64,000 bases of DNA from Candidatus Uhrbacteria bacterium. GTDB lineage: Bacteria; Patescibacteriota; Patescibacteriia; UBA9934; GWF2-40-263. The notes below the pieces were generated by a model. That model ran no database searches and had not been told where the DNA came from. It saw nothing but the letters and a program-made list of their open reading frames with translations. The position numbers and the translations under genes were made by a program. Shown here piece by piece: positions 40,417 to 48,149 of the stretch. Each line of letters begins with the position of its first letter. Position 1 is the first letter of the stretch. The stretch covers positions 66,642-130,641 of the forward strand of contig JAERTI010000043.1 of the NCBI GenBank assembly GCA_016844925.1. Direction: 5' to 3'.

Positions 40417-40953
40417 TTACTCAGCAGCCTCTTCGGCTGGCTTCTCTTCTTCCGCAGGTGCTTCCTCTGCAGGAGCCTCCTCGGCCGGAGCTTCAGCCTC
40501 TGCGGCTGGTTCCTCTGCAGGAGCCTCTTCAGCTGGAGCTTCAGCTTCTGCCTTAGCAGCCTCGGCCTCAGCCTTAGCAGCCTCTGCAGCAGCAGCCTTC
40601 TCTTCTTCAGCCTTTGCCTTTGCAGCCTCTTCCTTCTCCTTAGCAGCAGCAGCCTTTTCTTCGATCTTTGCTGCGCGCTTCTTGGAGATGTGTGTAGAGC
40701 CACGCTTTTCACCTTCGACGATCTTTTGGTCGACGAGGAGGTTCCAGACGCTGTTAGAAGGCTGGGCACCCTGGCTGATCCAGTACTTTACGCGGTCAGC
40801 CTTGATGACGATTTCCTTAGGATTTGAGCGAGGGTTGTAGTGGCCAAGGATCTCGTTTGAGTCGGCCCATGGGTCGCGGTGCTTAGGCATTACAACAATG
40901 CGGTAAACCGGACGCTTTTTTGACCCCACGCGGGAGAGTCGAATAGAAAGCAT
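40417..40953 (-). CDS. rpsP: 30S ribosomal protein S16 with about 95-aa Ala/Glu/Lys-rich C-terminal extension
   Basis: MLSIRLSRVGSKKRPVYRIVV S16 N-terminus; repetitive AEEAPAEE tail encoded by tandem DNA repeats. Confidence 0.85.
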   Translation of the reverse strand: MLSIRLSRVGSKKRPVYRIVVMPKHRDPWADSNEILGHYNPRSNPKEIVIKADRVKYWISQGAQPSNSVWNLLVDQKIVEGEKRGSTHISKKRAAKIEEKAAAAKEKEEAAKAKAEEEKAAAAEAAKAEAEAAKAEAEAPAEEAPAEEPAAEAEAPAEEAPAEEAPAEEEKPAEEAAE

Positions 40954-41001
40954 AATGAAATTGATGTTTTTGTCTTAAGTGAGCGCTTAGACAGTGCGGC
41001 G

Positions 41002-41030
41002 AGTATAAGGGTAAGGGGCGGTCAAGTCAA
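41002..41030 (-). promoter_or_regulatory. candidate rpsP promoter
   Basis: minus strand TTGACT, 17-nt spacer, TATACT, about 50 nt upstream of rpsP ATG. Confidence 0.5.
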
Positions 41031-41087
41031 TGGTTGTGGGGGGTGTGGGTCTTGCTATGGTTGGGCGAGCTGATCACTGGGACGAAT

Positions 41088-41142
41088 TTTGAGATCTGTA
41101 GGGACACTGTCCGACTCAAAATTGTCCCAGCGCTCGTTCGTC
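41088..41142. repeat. long inverted repeat (about 16-bp stem)
   Basis: ctgggacgaattttgag ... ctcaaaattgtcccag. Confidence 0.6.
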
Positions 41143-41254
41143 TTGGTTGACCGCGGTGGAGGTGGGGTGGTGGGAGTAGATAACTGCGCTTGTCAGGGAC
41201 AGTGAACATTTACAAGAAAAAGGCCTAATTTAAGCTTAATATCTGTCACTAAGT

Positions 41255-41284
41255 ATTGACAAAAGTGTCAAAAGATGGTATTGT
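41255..41284 (+). promoter_or_regulatory. near-consensus sigma70 promoter with embedded palindrome, pointing into the high-GC array
   Basis: TTGACA, 17-nt spacer, TATTGT; palindrome TGACAaaagTGTCA overlapping the -35 and spacer. Confidence 0.45.
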
Positions 41285-41511
41285 ACACACGTAATGATGA
41301 GAACTCAACAGAAGCTCATCGATCACTACAACTGCATATTTCTCTGGGGAGAGAGTATAAAAAGGACTAAATCCTAAGGGTTTAGGGCCGGTTGTTATGT
41401 ATTTCTTTCCAGAAGTACCTAGCAATCGGCCTTTTTTGTTCGCCGGGCATGGACTGAGGATCACGTCCCCAGTCTTGTCCCAACGAGCTCAACGCCTAGG
41501 AGGCCCTGCTC

Positions 41512-41745
41512 ATGCTCCGTCTGTCCTTCATCTCCCTCGTCGCCCTCGCCACCGTCGCTCTCTTCGCCACCCGGGTCGAGACCGAGCGCGAGACCGAGAT
41601 CGCGGCCGACATCGTCTTCACCGACGACGAGGTCGGCGTCATCACCATCGACGTCCAGAGCAACAACATCAGCACCGTCACCCACGACGGCGACGCCAAC
41701 GTCACCGAGATCACCGTCCACGAGGCGATGCGCATCTCGGGCTGA
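41512..41745 (+). CDS. small secreted acidic protein
   Basis: AGGAGG RBS, signal peptide. Confidence 0.45.
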   Translation: MLRLSFISLVALATVALFATRVETERETEIAADIVFTDDEVGVITIDVQSNNISTVTHDGDANVTEITVHEAMRISG

Positions 41746-42069
41746 TCCCCACCAACCCTAACGGAGCCGCCGGCTACGCGCGCCGCCCGGCTCGCCCGCC
41801 CCCCTGCGTCACTTGTGACAATGGGCGGCGGGCACTCCAAATGAGTTTCTCAGCTTGTTCTGTGAGACTCCGAGGAGTCTGCAACGTGTAGGCCGAACCT
41901 TACAACTGAATACTTCCAGGGCGTAGAATACGTTGTACATCCTGGAAGGCCGGTGAGTGTTCCTCCTAACATCTCGCCGGTCTCGTTCTTTCCAGCGCAG
42001 TCGTCCCGCCCGGAGCATCTCGCTCAGGGTCGGACTCTCTGCGCCGGCACCCCCGGCGAAGGAAATCAC

Positions 42070-42363
42070 ATGCGCGACATCGACGACCTCTCGCTCGACG
42101 AGCTCATCACCGCCATGGTGTGGGTCAAGAGTCTGAAGTGTGAGGCTTACAGTGCGCTGTGTTGGAAGCAGTTCGTCTGGGAGGCGAACAACCCCAACGA
42201 AGAGTTCACGTTCACCGAGGACGAGAAAGAGATCTGGGATGAGTGGCATCCCTTCGTCTCGCAGTACGGCCCGATGTGGAACGAGCTGATCATCTACGAG
42301 CGGATGGGAATCATCACCTGGAATGAGTACCAGGAGATCCTGGCTCTGGTGAAGCAGGGCTAA
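42070..42363 (+). CDS. hypothetical protein (97 aa)
   Basis: AAGGA RBS 7 nt upstream of ATG. Confidence 0.45.
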   Translation: MRDIDDLSLDELITAMVWVKSLKCEAYSALCWKQFVWEANNPNEEFTFTEDEKEIWDEWHPFVSQYGPMWNELIIYERMGIITWNEYQEILALVKQG

Positions 42364-42777
42364 GCTTCTGCAGAAGAGGCTGCTGGTAAATCAATGCTAC
42401 AAGTGTTCCTTGGAGTGTTCGTGACAACACGCATAAACATGTCACAGACGAATATCCTCGACACACGCAACGTCGAGGACCTCAACTGAGCCCCTGAGTC
42501 CGCTCGGGTGCTCTGAGAGATTCTTTCCAGAAATCCGGAAGAAGAACTTTCGTCCTTCGTGGTAGTCCCTGAGGGGAGTCTGCCAAGGAGGAGAGAGACA
42601 ACCGTCCGATGTCTGCGCAACAGCACAGGCTCGGTGGCGAAGATCAATTGGTTTGACTAGGCCTAGCTTACTCAATCCATACTCCCGGTCTTCACGCATG
42701 ACACTTTGCTTGCAAAGTCACTCACGCATTTCTTCTCCGGATTCCTGGAATGAATCCCCTCCAGGCATGGAAGAGCA

Positions 42778-43134
42778 GTGGCTGCAAAAAAGCAGGGTGC
42801 GGAACAGTTCAACAGAGCGATGAATCAGCAAAAGATCCAGATGAGTATCGCTCGTGCTGAGTACTGCCGCAACAACGAGGAGTTCACGGTCGTCATCTCT
42901 AGGCATCGTGAAGTCCTGTACGTCCTCAGTGTCGCTTACGGCGTTCACACAAACCCTCTCAAGGGCAGAAATGAGGATGGTGAAGTGGTGTTTTCTGGGA
43001 TGACCTTTATGGGCTCTGAGGGTGAAGAAGTGGTCAAGATGACCGTTGCTCACCCCGCCGAAGGTTTTGTCCTCCAGAACAACAGCATCACCATGTACAA
43101 AGATTGGGACATCATGGTTATGCGGCGCAAGTAG
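42778..43134 (+). CDS. hypothetical protein
   Basis: ORF; start uncertain (GTG 42778 or ATG 42820). Confidence 0.4.
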   Translation: MAAKKQGAEQFNRAMNQQKIQMSIARAEYCRNNEEFTVVISRHREVLYVLSVAYGVHTNPLKGRNEDGEVVFSGMTFMGSEGEEVVKMTVAHPAEGFVLQNNSITMYKDWDIMVMRRK

Positions 43135-43160
43135 ACCCATAACAACCCAATCCGCGAAGG

Positions 43161-43265
43161 CTAGTGAGGAACACGTCCTCACTAGCCACCAGAAATCTGT
43201 TCACGATCAGTGATCGTGACTGGGTTCTTGGGAAGAATGAGTCAACCCAGGAAAGGAGCCAAGGA
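43161..43265 (+). promoter_or_regulatory. duplicated leader region, copy 1: CTAG-hairpin, 19-bp perfect palindrome TCACGATCAgTGATCGTGA, CTGGGTT/AACCCAG stem, AAGGAG RBS
   Basis: near-identical copy at 43645..43750. Confidence 0.6.
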
Positions 43266-43625
43266 ATGGCTGAAGAGATCAAGACCGCTAAGGAGCTCAA
43301 TGACTACCTCGAAGAGATGGAGGTACAGATGAATGCTCAGCGGGCTGTGTGGATGGAGCGCAACGCCACCGGCGAGGTGTTCATCCTCGAGAATGGAACG
43401 GTCACCGACCGCTACCTGGTCGCTGAGGGGGTCGAGAATGGTGGGCTGTGCTTTGGATCGGAAGATCCCAAAAAAGCTTTCCACAACATGACCTTTAAGA
43501 TTGAGGGCAGGACCGTGGAGATCACGATTGAGTGTCCCAGCTTCCGGGCGCACATCGACTTCAACACCATCACGGAGGTTAGGGGCATGACGCTCCTGGC
43601 CGTTCCACGCAGTGTTCGTGGGTAG
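43266..43625 (+). CDS. hypothetical protein, paralog (GGLC...ECP Cys motifs)
   Basis: AAGGAG RBS; paralog of 43751..44128. Confidence 0.55.
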   Translation: MAEEIKTAKELNDYLEEMEVQMNAQRAVWMERNATGEVFILENGTVTDRYLVAEGVENGGLCFGSEDPKKAFHNMTFKIEGRTVEITIECPSFRAHIDFNTITEVRGMTLLAVPRSVRG

Positions 43626-43644
43626 AGACCCGTGAACACGAAGG

Positions 43645-43750
43645 GCTAGCGAGGAGTACGTCCAAGCTAGCCACCAGAAATCTGTTCACGATCAGTGATC
43701 GTGACTGGGTTCCTGGTAAGAATGAGCAAACCCAGGAAAGGAGCCAAGGA
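43645..43750 (+). promoter_or_regulatory. duplicated leader region, copy 2, with the same 19-bp palindrome
   Basis: about 90% identical to 43161..43265. Confidence 0.6.
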
Positions 43751-44128
43751 ATGGCTGAAGCAGCACTCGTCGCCCTCAAATCTCGACTCGCAGACATTCG
43801 ACTGAACATCTCTCAGCTGGAAGAGGCTGAGGAGAAGGCAATCCGAGAGTACTGTGATGAGAACGCGATGGCTGAGGTGAAGGTAATCGAGAAGAGCAGC
43901 GGAAAAGTGATTCGCACTTACCGCGTTGCGCGCGGTGTCTACAGCGGTGGTCTCTGCAACAGCTCGAACGTCGAAGAGCTGTGCTACGAGAACATGCAGT
44001 TCACCGTGAAGGACAACGAGAAGACCGTCCTCATGCGGGTCGAGTGCCCGCACTACATCACGGAGCTGCCCAACGACCAGCTCTTCAACTACAAGGACGT
44101 GCAGATCCTCGTGATCTGGCTGTCGTAG
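43751..44128 (+). CDS. hypothetical protein, paralog
   Basis: AAGGAG RBS; shares GGLC and ECP motifs with 43266..43625. Confidence 0.55.
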   Translation: MAEAALVALKSRLADIRLNISQLEEAEEKAIREYCDENAMAEVKVIEKSSGKVIRTYRVARGVYSGGLCNSSNVEELCYENMQFTVKDNEKTVLMRVECPHYITELPNDQLFNYKDVQILVIWLS

Positions 44129-44149
44129 TTACGACCTTAGACGAAGGGG

Positions 44150-44240
44150 GCTAGCAAAGATGACGTCTTGCTAGCCACTACCGGCCTGAGCTCGAGTTCC
44201 CTGCCTGCCGGCAGGCAGGTCGAGACCAGATCGGTGGAAC
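44150..44240 (+). repeat. hybrid cassette-boundary element: CTAG hairpin, GAGCTCGAG, 20-bp palindrome CCTGCCTGCCGGCAGGCAGG, TCGAGACC, AGATCGGTGGA
   Basis: combines the L-box of A-type repeats with the GATCGGTGGA end of G-type repeats. Confidence 0.5.
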
Positions 44241-44255
44241 TTCTACCAACAAACA

Positions 44256-44305
44256 ACCTCGTGCCCGCTCCCCCGGGATGTAGCCGTATAAAGACGGTGA
44301 GAGGA
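44256..44305 (+). promoter_or_regulatory. conserved 5'-UTR motif M, copy 1 (CCTCGTGCCCGC ... GATGTAGCC-hairpin-GGTGAGAGGA)
   Basis: recurs at 47441..47486 and 48074..48124 with compensatory stem changes. Confidence 0.55.
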
Positions 44306-44338
44306 AGCTCGATTCAAGATCGGGCACCAGAGATCGAC

Positions 44339-44527
44339 ATGCTGTTCTTCGTCCTCAACATGGTGGCCCTTGCGGCCGGCAGCGTTGGCTTCATCACCTG
44401 CCAGGTGATTCGGAGCAAGCGCCTGCTTACTGACCTGGAGGAGAAGGTGTACATGGGAAGCTTCGCGCTGGTCGCCTACGGAAGCATCTTCGGATGCGTC
44501 TCCGGCCTCGCGGTCTTCTACGGCTAG
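44339..44527 (+). CDS. small membrane protein (62 aa)
   Basis: two hydrophobic helices. Confidence 0.4.
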   Translation: MLFFVLNMVALAAGSVGFITCQVIRSKRLLTDLEEKVYMGSFALVAYGSIFGCVSGLAVFYG

Positions 44528-44664
44528 GACTTGAGCATCTGCTCAAACGGTCCTCCCTCTCCTGGACAACACAGGAGGGGGCTAACGACCCGGCCTCGAG
44601 TCTCTCGAGACTGGATCGGTGGAGTCCTCTGAGACAAAACCAAACCCTGCTGGAGCTCCTGCTG

Positions 44665-44892
44665 ATGCTGAACGAAAAGCTGCTGAACCTGCTGAAGATC
44701 CTCGGTCACGTCCTCGTGACCATCATCCTTTTGATCCCGACCATGGTCGCGCCGAGCTTCATGCTCGCGGACTACTTCGGGTTCGACCTGATGTACCTCA
44801 TCTCCACGACCAGCTGCGTGCTGGCGATCGCCTACGCGTTCATGGCGTTTGGTGAGAAGATGGGTGTGCGTTGGGAGATCATCCTCAACTAG
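44665..44892 (+). CDS. small membrane protein
   Basis: two TM helices; start uncertain. Confidence 0.35.
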   Translation: MLNEKLLNLLKILGHVLVTIILLIPTMVAPSFMLADYFGFDLMYLISTTSCVLAIAYAFMAFGEKMGVRWEIILN

Positions 44893-44900
44893 GAGAGCCC

Positions 44901-45098
44901 ATGCTCTTTTCCGCCCTCACGGGCTCGCTGGTCTTCCTCTGGCGTCTGCGCTCGCGCAGCCCCAAGGATGAGACCGAGCGTCGAATGCTGCAAAGCAAAC
45001 GGCGCCGGGCCCTGGCCGTGGCGGGAGGCGTGCTCGCGATCTACCTCATCGAGGTACTCGCGCTCGCCTTCGGAGCTTCGGCTCTGGCCTTCCACTAG
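44901..45098 (+). CDS. small membrane protein (65 aa)
   Basis: AGGAG RBS, two TM helices. Confidence 0.4.
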   Translation: MLFSALTGSLVFLWRLRSRSPKDETERRMLQSKRRRALAVAGGVLAIYLIEVLALAFGASALAFH

Positions 45099-45132
45099 CG
45101 CTCGACCGAGGAGAACGTCCTCGTGTCGGGCT

Positions 45133-45174
45133 CCTCAACGTAGAGCTCGAGCTTGCTTGAGACCTGCGTTGAGG
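45133..45174 (+). repeat. attC-like repeat, A-type (CCTCAAC gtagag CTCGAG n4 CTCGAG acctgc GTTGAGG)
   Basis: preceded by GAGGAgaacgTCCTC hairpin. Confidence 0.6.
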
Positions 45175-45260
45175 GGAACACTGTGCATTACCGATTCCTT
45201 CTTGAAACATTCGAGGATGTATCGGTGATGCAACGGAGTGTCACCTCAGAGGAATCTTTC

Positions 45261-45614
45261 ATGTACAAGTACATCGTCGCACTGGCGATCTTCCTGTTCG
45301 CCGCCAACCCCGCCTACGCCTGCTCGCAGGACACTGGCAAGCAGATCCACTTTGAGTGGGAGGGGGAGACCTACGTGGTCGAGGCGCACAGGGATGTCAA
45401 CGCGACCGTGACCAAAGCGGTCACCGGAACCGAGTTCGAGGTCGAGATCGTCAACGCGACGACGCTGATCCTCAAGCAGGGGCGCAGGACGCTCGCTACT
45501 GGGAGCATCTGGGCCTGCACCAAGTGCTTCATCGGTTCGCCCGGCTATGTGACGTGGGAAGGTGAGGAGAGTGCCAAGAACGCCTACGACGCTTGCATCG
45601 ACGCCGCCGGCTAG
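45261..45614 (+). CDS. small secreted protein
   Basis: signal peptide ...ANPAYA|C; alternative ATG at 45228. Confidence 0.5.
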   Translation: MYKYIVALAIFLFAANPAYACSQDTGKQIHFEWEGETYVVEAHRDVNATVTKAVTGTEFEVEIVNATTLILKQGRRTLATGSIWACTKCFIGSPGYVTWEGEESAKNAYDACIDAAG

Positions 45615-45699
45615 AGAAGACAGATAAGTGAGCCCCCGGCTTGCTTCTGCTCTGACGTGGCTACGTCAGACGCGCTCGGTATGGGAATGAACTATTCTC

Positions 45700-45753
45700 T
45701 GCCGAGCTTCACAGCATAGTGGTTGATTACAAAAATCGACCCCTGCGCTGGGG
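45700..45753 (+). repeat. degenerate attC-like repeat (GGTTGATT...TCGAC...GCTGGGG)
   Basis: B-type L-boxes retained, R-boxes diverged. Confidence 0.4.
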
Positions 45754-45801
45754 AAGACTGATCTTCCTTTGAGGCCCGTTCATTCGGGCAAGGATAGCAA
45801 C

Positions 45802-46314
45802 ATGCTGCTGATCGCTCTGACGATCGTGTCCACCATCGCCCACGCTGACCTCACTCCCGTTGGCGCCACCGCCGACGAGGTCAAGGTGGAGGCGGAGCTC
45901 GTGATGGTGAGCTGGTACCGCGACCACGGGGAGACCTGCGAGGTCGAGGGTCCCCACGGTCACATTCAGTACGCCGACGGCACCGACGAGGTCGTGATGC
46001 CGAGCGAGTCCAGCGACGAGTACGTGCTCGACTTCACGTTCTCTCGTGAGCAGTTCGAGGGCAAGAAGCCCGAGGCGAGCTCGGACGATTCCAACGAGAA
46101 GACCGAGGCCATCGACCCCGAGCTGACCCTCAAGTCCCACCCGTTCTTCGAGGAGTGGGACCGCCAGCTCAAGGAGAATGATAGCTTCGGCGAGGCTTTC
46201 GACAAGCAGCTCAAGCTCCAGCTCGCCAAGGAGCAGGCCGAGATCGAGGAGCCCACCGAGTCCGCCACCATCGAGGAGCCCGCCGAGTCCACCGAGGACA
46301 GCCCCTCGAAGTAG
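45802..46314 (+). CDS. secreted acidic protein
   Basis: AAGGA RBS, signal peptide ...TIAHA|D. Confidence 0.5.
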   Translation: MLLIALTIVSTIAHADLTPVGATADEVKVEAELVMVSWYRDHGETCEVEGPHGHIQYADGTDEVVMPSESSDEYVLDFTFSREQFEGKKPEASSDDSNEKTEAIDPELTLKSHPFFEEWDRQLKENDSFGEAFDKQLKLQLAKEQAEIEEPTESATIEEPAESTEDSPSK

Positions 46315-46411
46315 CTCGCCGGAGGTTCTCCTGCACATCCTCTGCGGCCAGATACGCTGGCACGCAGAGCGTCGCATCCCGCGACACGTCCTGAGCAACG
46401 TCTGCTCGGGA

Positions 46412-46453
46412 TTTCAACGTAGAGCTCGAGTTTGCTCGAGACCTGCGTTGAGG
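46412..46453 (+). repeat. attC-like repeat, A-type
   Basis: TTTCAAC...CTCGAGtttgCTCGAG...GTTGAGG. Confidence 0.6.
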
Positions 46454-46506
46454 GCTGAGGCTCTCTTGATCAAATCCTCAGTGCTACTGGGGTAAAGGAA
46501 CACGAC

Positions 46507-46770
46507 ATGTTGATGATCGCTCTGACCCTCCTGATGGGCAACGCGAACGCTGGCATGAAGCGCGGTAAGGCTTCGGCCTCGGACACTACTCCCGTCAGCC
46601 TCTACCACAACGGTGAGGTGGCGGAGCTGGACCGCCAGGAGCTGGTGCAGACTCTGCACGACCTGATGCATCCCAGCTGCGAGGTGAATACCTCGCACGT
46701 CCACCGCGTGAACAAGCATGGTCTGGAAGAGGTCATCCTCATGCCGACCGAGCCGACCACCACCAACTGA
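46507..46770 (+). CDS. small secreted protein
   Basis: GGGTAAAGGA leader, signal peptide. Confidence 0.45.
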   Translation: MLMIALTLLMGNANAGMKRGKASASDTTPVSLYHNGEVAELDRQELVQTLHDLMHPSCEVNTSHVHRVNKHGLEEVILMPTEPTTTN

Positions 46771-46799
46771 CCCGACGAGGTGAACGACTTCGTCGGGAT

Positions 46800-46841
46800 C
46801 CTCAACGTAGAGCTCGAGTTTGCTCGAGACCTGCGTTGGGG
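46800..46841 (+). repeat. attC-like repeat, A-type
   Basis: CCTCAAC...GTTGGGG; preceded by cccgacgagg..ttcgtcggg hairpin. Confidence 0.6.
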
Positions 46842-46950
46842 AACCGCCCCTAAGTAAGATAACCGTCCGTGATCTGCAGCGCGCCGACATTTCCGTCGAG
46901 CAGCGCATATTGCAGCACTGGCAACTTCTGTGCGAGAGCGCGGGGGTATC

Positions 46951-47271
46951 ATGTTTCTGACTCAGATCTACAGCGCCGTGGAAGGTGACTTCAAGGCCAA
47001 CGCCGTCCGTATCACTGAGGTGGAGGCTGGCACAGGTATCTGGCTCGATCCTGAAGCTGATCCGCTCCTGGTCGTCGGTGAGTACATTCTGATGACTTCC
47101 GAAGGGAGGATTCTGGATGAGGATGAGTCCATCGAGGTCACGGTGAGGTCGCAGGGCATTCGTGTCCGCGTTCGTCTGTTCCATGATGGGCATGAGGCGG
47201 CAGCCTGGTGTCTGCTCCAGACAATCGGTAACGCGTCCATCAACACTGTCACGATCGATTGCGATGACTAA
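46951..47271 (+). CDS. hypothetical protein
   Basis: ORF within cassette. Confidence 0.45.
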   Translation: MFLTQIYSAVEGDFKANAVRITEVEAGTGIWLDPEADPLLVVGEYILMTSEGRILDEDESIEVTVRSQGIRVRVRLFHDGHEAAAWCLLQTIGNASINTVTIDCDD

Positions 47272-47380
47272 CGTTAAAGCAACCTGCACGAGACAGTACA
47301 TGACCCCGTCAGGCACGGATGACCTGGCGGGTATGACCGGGCTCAGCTCGGCACGCCTCAAGTACACGCAACGCTTGAGG

Positions 47381-47422
47381 ATCGAACGTAGAGCTCGAGT
47401 CTACTCGAGACCTGCGTTGGGG
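47381..47422 (+). repeat. attC-like repeat, A-type
   Basis: ATCGAAC...CTCGAGtctaCTCGAG...GTTGGGG. Confidence 0.55.
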
Positions 47423-47440
47423 AACGTTCCCTAGAACCAA

Positions 47441-47486
47441 ACCTCGTGCCCGCAAGGGATGTAGCCACAGTAAGAGTGGTGAGAGA
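47441..47486 (+). promoter_or_regulatory. conserved 5'-UTR motif M, copy 2 (stem CCAC/GTGG instead of CCGT/ACGG)
   Basis: compensatory change in the hairpin relative to copies 1 and 3. Confidence 0.55.
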
Positions 47487-47529
47487 ATGTGCGCCTGGGC
47501 GCACGCGGACTTGTCCGCACGGGATACAG

Positions 47530-47952
47530 ATGAAGACGCAAGCGTGTACGGCACTGGCGGTTACCCGCCGGAGTGAGCTGTACATCACGGTTCAGATCTA
47601 CGGAAGTCGCGCGATCGATGAGCCCAACATCAAGGTGCTCGCCCTGAGCGATTTCGTTCGATGGATCGCACCGGGTGTGACCGTTCAGCGCATCGCACAG
47701 AACCTGGTCCGTGTCCGTGAAATCGCCCCCGATTGGACTGCGAAGGTGGTCTACGGTGACGCCATCGGTTTGGGTGAGCCCTGCCTGCTTTCTGACAATC
47801 GCGCCGTAGTGTGTGTCTGGGCGACGGAGGAGGAGGCCTGGGATCACTGGGACGAGGTCATGGATCGCTGGCATCGGATGATGGAAGAAGATGCTCGTTA
47901 CTGGGACGAGCGGACTCTGGAAGAGCTGAGTGACTCGAGCCTGATGGCTTAA
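47530..47952 (+). CDS. hypothetical protein (141 aa)
   Basis: downstream of motif M. Confidence 0.45.
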   Translation: MKTQACTALAVTRRSELYITVQIYGSRAIDEPNIKVLALSDFVRWIAPGVTVQRIAQNLVRVREIAPDWTAKVVYGDAIGLGEPCLLSDNRAVVCVWATEEEAWDHWDEVMDRWHRMMEEDARYWDERTLEELSDSSLMA

Positions 47953-47987
47953 CGAGCCGACACTGGGAGAACGTCCCCGTGTCGGAC

Positions 47988-48058
47988 TCCCAACGTAGAG
48001 GTTGATTAACCACGTAAAACCCTTCGGGTCACGTGGCACGTCGACACCTGCGTTGGGG
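47988..48058 (+). repeat. attC-like repeat, B-type (GTTGAT ... ccacgt-aaaaccCTTCGgggt-cacgtgg ... GTCGAC acctgc GTTGGGG)
   Basis: internal UUCG-type tetraloop hairpin. Confidence 0.6.
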
Positions 48059-48073
48059 AAACCCTGCAACCAT

Positions 48074-48124
48074 CCCTCGCGCTTGGCCTGGCCAAGATGT
48101 AGCCGTGTAAAGACGGTGAGAGAA
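48074..48124 (+). promoter_or_regulatory. conserved 5'-UTR motif M, copy 3
   Basis: GATGTAGCCGTGTAAAGACGGTGAGAGAA followed by GCGGAggtTTCCGC hairpin. Confidence 0.55.
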
Positions 48125-48149
48125 CGCGGAGGTTTCCGCACGGATACGA

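Noticed and set aside
38000-45100. Search for an integron integrase (intI) or attI next to the array
   Set aside because: No ORF on either strand carries tyrosine-recombinase hallmarks (R..H..R..Y box region). The nearest minus-strand genes are rlmN and rpsP plus hypotheticals, so intI is not annotated.
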